A stretch of DNA of 64,000 bases, taken from the NCBI RefSeq assembly GCF_000142905.1, contig NW_013657643.1, positions 293,089 through 357,088 on the forward strand, in the 5' to 3' direction. Source of the DNA: Thecamonas trahens ATCC 50062. Its lineage: Eukaryota > Protista > Apusomonadida. The notes under the pieces are model-generated. The model did not search any database. It saw only the letters and a list, made by a program, of their open reading frames with translations, and was not told the DNA's origin. Of this stretch, positions 56,382 to 64,000 are shown in pieces; within the stretch, counting starts at the first letter, position 1, and every line of letters starts with the position of its first letter. Made by a program: the position numbers and the translations under genes.

Positions 56382-57817
56382 TTACAGCAGGTCGTCGTCA
56401 CCATCGTCGGGCACGGCAATGTCCTGGAGCTTGGCGAGCTCGGCCTCCATGGCGGCCTTGGCCTCGTCGGAGATCTCGACGGTCGGCGGAGCGAGGGCCG
56501 GCGACTTGACGATCTCGAGGTTAGGGTCGTCGACGAGCTTGCGGGCGAGGTAGAGGAACGGCTTCTCGTAGTTGTAGTTGTTCTTGGCCGAGATGTCGTA
56601 GTACTGCAGGTTGCGCTTGCGGTGGAAGATGATGTGGCGGGCCTTGACCTGGCGGGCCGACGAGTCGACCTTGTTGCCGACAAGCACAATGGGGATGGCG
56701 TCGGTGCAGACGCGAGTCAGGTCGCGGTACCAGTTGGCGACGTTGTTGTACGTCGGGCGCGAGGTGACATCGAACATGATGATAGCCGCCTCACCCTGGA
56801 TGTAGTACCCGTCGCGGAGGCCGCCGAACTTCTCCTGGCCAGCCGTGTCCCACACGTTGAAACGCAGCGGGCCGCGGTTGGTGTGGAAGACGAGCCGGTT
56901 GACCTCGACGCCGAGCGTGGCCACGTACGTCTTCTCGAACTCGCCAGTGATGTGGCGCTTGACAAAGGTGGTCTGTGCAGTGTGGGATGAGAGGGAGGGA
57001 GTGAGTGGGTGTGGGGGCAGGGTGGTGTCGTGAAGACATGGCCATGCTGGCTGCGACCATGATGATGATGGCTGCGACCATGATGATGGTGGCTGCGACC
57101 ATGATGATGATGGCTGCGACCATGATGATGATGGCTGCGACCATGATGATGATGGCTGCGACCATGATGATGGTGGCTGCGACCATGATGATGATGATGG
57201 CTGCGAGCACCATGATGATGGTGGCTGCGACCATGATGATGATGATGGCTGCGACCACCATGATGGCTGCGACCACCATGATGATGATGGCTGCGAGCAC
57301 ATTGCCCAAGGCGACCATACTACGACACGCACGCCGCACTTGCCAACCTGCTCCTCACCGTGTCGCACTCCCATGACCAGACGGCCGCGAGCCAAGCAAA
57401 GACACACTCATACCATGCATAGAAACAGAAGGTATTGGCAAGAACAAGAGCATGGGCATGATGTGGGGTAGGGGGGGAGGGGGGGGGGGGTAGTGGGCAT
57501 GGGTATGGGAGGGAGTGTGGCCAGGAGAAGACGACGTGACCAGGGCGACAAGGAAGGAAAATGGGCGCGAAGTTGGCAATGGCCAACACGAACATTCGCG
57601 TGCGGAGGGGGGGAAGGGGGAGGGGGGGGGCAGGGACATGGCGACACGGCGACACGGCGACATGACGAGACAGGGAGACGGGGAAAGGAGGGCAAGGGAG
57701 AAGAGGTAGAGAGGTGGCAGATGTAGAGGGGGGGGAGGGAAGGGGGGGAAGGCGTACCTTGCCAACACCGCCGTCACCGACGAGGAGAAGCTTGAATGTG
57801 GGCATGTCGTCCGCCAT
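56382..57817 (-). CDS. RAN: Ran GTPase; exons 57758-57817 and 56382-56972
   Basis: [13 protein letters not shown]|[43 protein letters not shown] and an acidic tail (DDGDDDLL), 216 aa. Intron 56973-57757 is GTACGC...CACAG. Confidence 0.97.
57043..57302. repeat. Intronic minisatellite, ~21-nt unit GGCTGCGACC(ATG)n, about 12 copies
   Basis: Tandem units with variable ATG-triplet number inside the Ran intron. Confidence 0.92.
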
Positions 57818-58595
57818 GGTTGAAGGATGGAGAGAGAGGGGTGCCGTGGTGGTTGTGGTTGACGCCTTGATGCCCTCTTCGGCTCTTCGGGCGTGTGTGT
57901 CGTCTAGGCGCTCGATTTGGCTCGGCTGATTGTGATGTCATAATCGATCGGTGGGGCGCACGGGGGGGAGGGGGGGCACGGAACGGAGGGGAGGAGGCTG
58001 CAAGGTGGGTGTGTGTGGGGGGGGTCGCATGGAAAGGGTGCCGAGATCACTGCGGGAGCCGCCGGATGAGAGTGTGGTGGAGATGATTAGAACGCATGAT
58101 GATCGTAGGCTGATGAGATGACTGGGTGGCTGGTGTGCTGCATGGACAGCTGATGCAGCATTCTCACCTGGTGCTACACCGCACAGCATCATGTCTCGAT
58201 TGCTTCCCCATGTGTTCATCACGCCGCACTGGGCTTCGAACCACTCTGTCGGCACCTCGATTAATGTAATCAATTGTTAACATTCAAGTGGATTGGACTC
58301 ATTTGAATCTTTGCCGAACATGGACACCTGTCCGCACCTTTAACCATCCCTACCACAAGCATTACCACTGCGATCATAACATAAATGACATCTTTAGATA
58401 GCAAATACTACACAATATATTGGAGCCAAACATGATAGTCATAAGCGCAACTCGTCGCAAGTGCGGTCTCCCCGAAGAGGTTGCACGCCTCTGTCTCGGT
58501 CCGGCGGTTGCCGGCAGTAGAGTGCACCTTACTCTCATCCGTCTGCAAAGGCGTTGCAAACCCGGAGCAGTGCCAGGACATTGACGCTATCCACC

Positions 58596-61500
58596 ATGAC
58601 CATTACTCGAGGCAGCCGTTTGTCGTTGCTGGTGGTGGTGGCGCTCGTGCTGATGTTGGCTGTTGATGCTGTCGCCTCGGTCCGAGTCGGCCAAGTTGGT
58701 GACGTCGATCAGACCGATCGCGTTGGCGATGACGGCTGGGTCGGGGTCGGTCGGGCTGAAAATGACGGTCGGGTCGGTACCGGCCAACACGGCATCAACA
58801 CAACTCCTCGCGCCGCTTCATCGACTTTGCTCGCCTCATCAATCGCGGGCAAGGTGTGGCAGGCAGAGCTTCCGTCATCGTGCTCGCTGTCCATGCTTGC
58901 CGGCTCGGGCACCTTTGTTATCGTCGTTGCTTGCCCTCAGACAGGCATCACCGATGGCGCCCTGCTCATGGGCTCGCTGAGCTACTACAACAATACCCTG
59001 CTGCTGCGCTATGTCCGCGGCGCGTCCAAGTTCTCCATCGCAGATGGGGAGCTTGGCATGCTACAACTTGCCGCCGCCACCACCGATGGCTCCGCGCTTT
59101 CCGTCGTCTCGTCCACCAACTTTCCGGCGTCGCCGACGCGACTCACCCTCGCTTCCGACCCGCCTGATCCGCTGGCGCGCGGCGGCGGCTGGTTTGCCTC
59201 CGACCTCTCGCTCTTCTTTGCCGGTAATATGGTCGTCATCATGAACGATGGCGAGAACCCAGCGGCTGACGCCGTCTCGGTCGGGATCTTCTCCTACGCC
59301 GCCGTCTCTCGCACCCTAGCCATCAATCTGGGCGTACACATCCAGGCCTCGCCGTCGACTCTCCCTCCGCCACCGCCATCGGGCGTCCTCTCGTACACCC
59401 TCACGTTTGGCTCGGCGTCTGCCATGCGCGCCGAGCTGCCCGACGGCCGTCGCTGGGAGCTTTCTCGGCGGGCCATCGCGCCGTTCGCCGGCCTCGCTTT
59501 GAGCGAGGCCTTCCCTATCACGCTCTCGTCGTCGGCTGATGCCACCTGCCATCTGCTTCTTGAGCACACGGCAGCCGGCCTCGCTATTGCCGTCGCCCAC
59601 GACTGCCAGGTCCCGGCGTCGCCGTCCACTGCTATCGCCTTTCTCGGCTCGTACGCGGCCGTCTCGGCCTCGTGCCTCCGGCTCCGGCGCATGCTCTCGT
59701 ACCCGACGCTTGGCGCTCCATCCGGCTTGCTTTCATCGTCCATAGAGTACAAGGCTACCTTTGGCGGCGCGCGTGACGCATCGATGCGCTGGGAGCGCGC
59801 CGACGGCGCCGTCCACCAGCTCGTCCGCCTCGAGAGGCCGGCCACAGCATGCAAGATATCCTTGTCCATGGCCGGAACGCTCGGTACCACCGTCTCGGCT
59901 GCCGTCCTCCGCAACCGCCTTGCATCACTGATTGACCTCTCCTCCTTTGGCGTCGCCATCGGCGGCGGCCTTCAGCTCTCAGCCACACCGTCCGAGTTTG
60001 CCATCGACGCTTACTTTGCCGGCGCGGCGCTCGCGCCCGACGCCAAGGACAAGCTTGCTGCTTTGCTCGTCGCAGCTCGCCACAGCGGATCAACGATGCT
60101 GTCGGGCACCCAGCTCACAGGCATTGACATGAGCGGCTGCGCCTTGCCGCTTCTGGCCATCGAAGCCTGCCTCCCGTCGGCAGCCAATCCGTGCGTCTTG
60201 CCTTCAAGTGGCGGCACGGTGGTGATCTCGGGAACCGGGCTCTCCGGCGCGTCGGTAGCGTTTGACGTCGATGGCGTCCGCGTGGGCCACACGGTGACAA
60301 CTAGAGCCTCGTGTGCGGCTTGTCCAGCCCAGATCTCTCTCCCGATCCCAGCAACGACGATGTCCCGCGGTTACCTGGCACTCAACGCAAGCGGCGTTGG
60401 CGGCCGCAGCCTCGTCAGCCTCGCTCGAGTGTTTGTCGACAACGCTGCAGCGAGCGTTGGTTGCGTCATGCCGTCACGGGTTTTTACAGGCACATCGTGC
60501 GTCGCTTGTCCAGACTGCGCCGTCTGCCCTGGCGGATCGCGGGCATGGCCGCGCGCAGGCTGCTGGTCGCACTCGGAAGCCGATCGTCCGCGCGAGTGCT
60601 CCGTCGGCCACGCGTGTTGCGGCGCTATTGGCGAGTATCCGGACGCCTGTCCTGCACGTCAGCTGCCTTCGGGTGCGCGCGACACCCAGCGGTGCGATAC
60701 AAGTCAGGGCGCCACCGGCGAGTACTGCTCCGAGTGCCTGCCAGGCTACTTTCGCGACGCCGGCCGGTGCTTTGTCTGTGACGATGAGAACAAGGCCCGG
60801 TTTGCTGGCCTCGTTCTGGCTGGCATTATCATGGCCGGCGTCATTGCGGCAGCCATTGCCCTGCTTCCGGTCGCCTACCTTGTCCGCGCCGTCGCGCTCC
60901 TGGTGCTCCTCCAGCAAGTGGTCTACGCCGGCCGCGATCTGGCGACCCATGTCTCGGGCAAGCGCGGGCAGCGATTGGCCGAGCTCTTCCGGGCGCTCTC
61001 GATCATCTACCTCGATGTCGGTTTTCTTGAGCTCCCCTGCCACGTCAACGACGCGCTGACGTATGTCGATCTCTTCTGGGGTACGCTCGTACTAGGAGTA
61101 GGCATGTTGAGTCTGATGGTCGGCGCAGCGGGGATCTGGTGGTGCTGCGGGCGGCGTGTGCTGTCGCAGCACGAAGAGTCGTACACCTCGTCGAGCTGGG
61201 CCACAGGCAGGTCGTGGCAGTCGCAGGCGTCGGCGATCAGCGCGGCACCGAGCGCGTCGAGCACAAGCGCCACCAGCACTGACTCGGCGGCGGGCGCCGT
61301 GGTGGTTGCCAAGGTCAACACGTCGACGCTAAGTCGACGGGTGGTGCTGGCGCTGGTGACCGGCGCCACGGTGCTCTACCTGCAGATCACTCAGCTGTGC
61401 ATCCAGATGGTCCACTGCAGTGACGGGAGGCTCGCGGTGGACATGTCGATGACATGCTACGAGGGGAGGCACCGGACGGCAGCGGTGATGGCCTGGATTC

Positions 61501-62078
61501 TCCTCTTTGGCTTTGTCGCCGCCTTTCCCATCACCATCGGCAGTCTGCTGGTGTGGCACGGCCGGGCCGGTGAGTGGCACATGCTCGCCACCACCTACGC
61601 CTACCTCACCCGTGGCCTCCGTCGCAGAGTCTACTGGTTTCGCCTCTCACACTTTGTCTTTACCCTAGTCCTTGTTCTTGTTAGCAATCTGACAAGCGCC
61701 GTCTTCATCCGAGCCCTGCTCACCGCAAGCGTGTTTGTTATCAAAGGCGTCGCCGTCGCCGTCCTCTGGCCGTACGTTCAGGCCTGGAACTCGTGGCTCT
61801 CGATGGTCATCGGCCTCGCCGCCGCCGTTCAGACCGCGCTCTTTGTCTCGCTCCGCCAGTTTGGTGACGATCGCGCTTCGGCCAAGGAAAAGCGCGTTGC
61901 CCGCTGGACCACAGGCGCTGTTGTGGCTGTTTTTGTTGTGGCTGTTGCTGCAGCGAGAATGCTCCGCACCGTGCTCCATCGCCCGTCGTCGAGCTCGTCC
62001 TCGTCGAGGCCGAGTTCAAGCGATGAGTCCGAAACCTGGCTGGCGGAGTCTTCGACGGCCTCGGCCGCGTCGGACTAG
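58596..62078 (+). CDS. Large receptor: signal peptide, beta-rich ectodomain, IPT, Cys-rich region, multi-TM
   Basis: Signal MTITRGSRLSLLVVVALVLMLAVDAVAS. IPT-like PSSGGTVVISGTGL. CPDCAVCPGG...TGEYCSECLPGYF. TM region VLYLQITQLCIQMVHC, LAVDMSMTCY and YAYLTRGLRRRVYWF. Confidence 0.85.
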   Translation: MTITRGSRLSLLVVVALVLMLAVDAVASVRVGQVGDVDQTDRVGDDGWVGVGRAENDGRVGTGQHGINTTPRAASSTLLASSIAGKVWQAELPSSCSLSMLAGSGTFVIVVACPQTGITDGALLMGSLSYYNNTLLLRYVRGASKFSIADGELGMLQLAAATTDGSALSVVSSTNFPASPTRLTLASDPPDPLARGGGWFASDLSLFFAGNMVVIMNDGENPAADAVSVGIFSYAAVSRTLAINLGVHIQASPSTLPPPPPSGVLSYTLTFGSASAMRAELPDGRRWELSRRAIAPFAGLALSEAFPITLSSSADATCHLLLEHTAAGLAIAVAHDCQVPASPSTAIAFLGSYAAVSASCLRLRRMLSYPTLGAPSGLLSSSIEYKATFGGARDASMRWERADGAVHQLVRLERPATACKISLSMAGTLGTTVSAAVLRNRLASLIDLSSFGVAIGGGLQLSATPSEFAIDAYFAGAALAPDAKDKLAALLVAARHSGSTMLSGTQLTGIDMSGCALPLLAIEACLPSAANPCVLPSSGGTVVISGTGLSGASVAFDVDGVRVGHTVTTRASCAACPAQISLPIPATTMSRGYLALNASGVGGRSLVSLARVFVDNAAASVGCVMPSRVFTGTSCVACPDCAVCPGGSRAWPRAGCWSHSEADRPRECSVGHACCGAIGEYPDACPARQLPSGARDTQRCDTSQGATGEYCSECLPGYFRDAGRCFVCDDENKARFAGLVLAGIIMAGVIAAAIALLPVAYLVRAVALLVLLQQVVYAGRDLATHVSGKRGQRLAELFRALSIIYLDVGFLELPCHVNDALTYVDLFWGTLVLGVGMLSLMVGAAGIWWCCGRRVLSQHEESYTSSSWATGRSWQSQASAISAAPSASSTSATSTDSAAGAVVVAKVNTSTLSRRVVLALVTGATVLYLQITQLCIQMVHCSDGRLAVDMSMTCYEGRHRTAAVMAWILLFGFVAAFPITIGSLLVWHGRAGEWHMLATTYAYLTRGLRRRVYWFRLSHFVFTLVLVLVSNLTSAVFIRALLTASVFVIKGVAVAVLWPYVQAWNSWLSMVIGLAAAVQTALFVSLRQFGDDRASAKEKRVARWTTGAVVAVFVVAVAAARMLRTVLHRPSSSSSSSRPSSSDESETWLAESSTASAASD

Positions 62079-62082
62079 CAGC

Positions 62083-63306
62083 TTACATGGGCTCGAGCGC
62101 CCAGACAATAGTGGCGAGGCGCTTCTTTGGAATGCCAAAGTCGGCGAGCTTTGACTTTGTCCGATCCTCGAGCTTGACGTTCCAGTAGCAGCGGTCGGTG
62201 AACCTGCCTGCGGCTGCGGCGGCGGTGACGAGGGTAAGGGTCTCGTCGAGCGACGATGCCGGGAGGCAGGTGAGGTCCGATGGCGGGAAAAAGTGCTCGA
62301 CCTGGACTACGACGTCGTTGTCGTCCGTGGTGCAGAGGGCAACGTCGAGCGCCTCGCCCCATCGGCCGCCGGCGACCGGATTGCGGACCGGCACGGCGTG
62401 AAGAGTTGAAAAGTAGTTGATCTGCGGGCGGCGGTGCGCCATCAGCTCGTTAAGAAGCAGCCACGACGGATGGACAATCAGGTGGGCAAGCGAGACGCCG
62501 TCGCGCGCGAGGTAGAATGCGCGGAGCCATGGTGAGAGGTCAAAGCCGACCGCAGCCTCGAGCGCCTTGAGCTCGCGCTGTGTCACGCCCGACGACGCGC
62601 GGGCGGTGAGGAACGAGGCGGGTGCCAGCGAGGCCGGCGGCGGATCGGTGGCGGCTGGGCTGTGCTTGGGCGGCTTCATGTCGTGGACAATGGCGTCAGG
62701 GAGGGACTCCTCGAGAGCGACGATGCGCTCGCGAAGCTCGGCAGTCGCCACCGTGAGGGCGTCGTCGTTGGCCAGCTCGTCGACCTTGTCGTAGGCATCG
62801 TCACCGATGCGGCACCACGCGTTGAGCCAGGCATTCTCCCGGGCTCCAGCCAAGACATGCGTCGCCGAGCAGACCACGCCCTCCCGGGGAGAGCCCTCCC
62901 ACTCGTCGGTCATCAGTGAGGCGGCCGAGAAGATGATCGACTGGGCCAGAGCCGTCCGAACCTGGGCGAGCATCTTGACATCCAAGTCGCCAAGGTCACC
63001 AGCAGACTTGGCAGCAGAACCATCATCAGTCGGCATGCTCGGAGGCGGCAAGTCGATCTCGGCCTTGTCCACACTCGCCAGAAAGGCATCGGCCACAAAC
63101 TCGCTCCGATCAGCCTCAGCGAGCGTCGCACTCAGAGCGTCGAGAACAGAGCCATTGCCTGGGCTGGAAAAATTGACCACAGCACGGTTGACCAGTGCCT
63201 CCACCTCTTCCACAGCAGAAGGTGCAAACTCAATGGGGTGGAACTCACCGAACATCCTCCGTCCTTCTGCGGACATGAAATCAGCAAAGGTAGTGCTTTC
63301 CGACAT
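62083..63306 (-). CDS. SMI1/KNR4 (SUKH)-domain protein with a possible N-terminal tandem histone fold
   Basis: SUKH motif SSGVTQRELKALEAAVGFDLSPWLRAFYLARDG. N-terminal helices resemble H2B-like and H2A-like segments. Confidence 0.7.
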   Translation of the reverse strand: MSESTTFADFMSAEGRRMFGEFHPIEFAPSAVEEVEALVNRAVVNFSSPGNGSVLDALSATLAEADRSEFVADAFLASVDKAEIDLPPPSMPTDDGSAAKSAGDLGDLDVKMLAQVRTALAQSIIFSAASLMTDEWEGSPREGVVCSATHVLAGARENAWLNAWCRIGDDAYDKVDELANDDALTVATAELRERIVALEESLPDAIVHDMKPPKHSPAATDPPPASLAPASFLTARASSGVTQRELKALEAAVGFDLSPWLRAFYLARDGVSLAHLIVHPSWLLLNELMAHRRPQINYFSTLHAVPVRNPVAGGRWGEALDVALCTTDDNDVVVQVEHFFPPSDLTCLPASSLDETLTLVTAAAAAGRFTDRCYWNVKLEDRTKSKLADFGIPKKRLATIVWALEPM

Positions 63307-63629
63307 AGTTTAGGTTGCAGGTGGGGGAGAGAGAGAGGGGTGCTGGCGTGGCCCCCCATGGGAGCAATCGAGGAAAGAAATAAGCGAAAAAGAAACATGT
63401 CGGCCAAAGAAGAGAAGAGCGCCGAGTCGCACTGTCTGGCTCGCGTGAGTCGCCAAGTTGCCACGCGGCGAGAGAGAGTTTGATCGCCAGCGAAGAGGGA
63501 GTGTGTGCAGCCAGCCACGGTTTTGCATCTCTGTCCAGCTTGTGTTGCTTCCCCGCCGGGGGGGGGGCGTCATCACGGCCGCCACGTTCGGTGCCAAGTG
63601 GGCGCGCGATGGGTGTGACGGCGACGGCG

Positions 63630-63758
63630 CTACTCGTCGTCCTTGGCAGCCGACGCAGCCTTCTGCTCATCAGTCTTGACGACGTTGAGCCCGCGCTTAA
63701 AGTTGTGCTTGATGGAGAACTGCTTGCCCACGACAGGCACGCGCTTGAGCGGATTGAC
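63630..63758 (-). CDS. Terminal exon of a minus-strand gene that starts beyond the window (missed by the ORF track)
   Basis: CCACAG acceptor followed by VNPLKRVPVVGKQFSIKHNFKRGLNVVKTDEQKAASAAKDDE-TAG with typical codon bias. Upstream sequence is C-rich and intron-like. Confidence 0.65.
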   Translation of the reverse strand, partial: VNPLKRVPVVGKQFSIKHNFKRGLNVVKTDEQKAASAAKDDE

Positions 63759-64000
63759 CTGTGGACGGTATTGGGTGAGTGGGAGTGGTGGTGGTCTGAT
63801 CACGGACCAGGTCGGAGGGGGAGGAGGAGGGGGGGGTGGGAGACGGTTGGAGAGTGGGTTGGAGAGGGGAGGACGGGGGATGGTGTGGAAGGTTGCAAGG
63901 TGGTTTGGTGCACGCCCTTTTCCTGGACTTGGCCAACTGGCAAAAAGGGGAGGGCGGCGAGGGGGGGGGGGTGGGGGGGGAGGGGAGGACGACGACGGAC

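Noticed and set aside
57043-57302. CRISPR-like repeat array
   Set aside because: There are no unique spacers (only variable ATG triplets), no cas genes, and it lies inside a spliceosomal intron.
58215-58365. tRNA-like gene on the minus strand (GGTTCGAAGCC B-box-like, TGGTAGGGATGG A-box-like)
   Set aside because: The T-stem pairs at only 2 of 5 positions and no acceptor stem or cloverleaf is evident. tRNAscan-SE or Infernal would be needed to rescue it as a Pol III element.

Overview
GC-rich, gene-dense, intron-poor eukaryotic DNA from a protist. Gene content and style resemble apusomonads such as Thecamonas, but this is inference only. About 26 protein-coding genes are present. Housekeeping genes include RPF2, PCNA, a PARP1-like gene, V-ATPase G, actin, GET4, Ran, CACYBP and an aquaporin. 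Five very large receptor-like genes are also present. Main highlights: (1) two paralogous single-pass receptors join a PSI/IPT ectodomain to an NF1/GAP1-type RasGAP split by a ~105-aa helical insert, giving a plexin-like architecture with no Sema domain visible in the complete copy; (2) a stand-alone SF2 helicase has its Walker A moved to the extreme C-terminus (circular permutation) behind two recently duplicated HTH units; (3) one protein appears to fuse a tandem histone fold to SMI1/KNR4 (SUKH); (4) another combines SAP, F-box and an XPA-like DNA-binding module; (5) three Cys-rich multi-TM receptors carry different ectodomains. Five single-base frameshifts, each at or next to a short sense-strand T run, split four genes and are probably assembly errors. 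Also present: a ~539-bp tandem duplication, a 60-72 bp palindrome, six GTACG-initiated introns and an intronic minisatellite. No rRNA, tRNA, CRISPR array or transposase could be supported. All domain calls are by eye from motifs; no searches were run.
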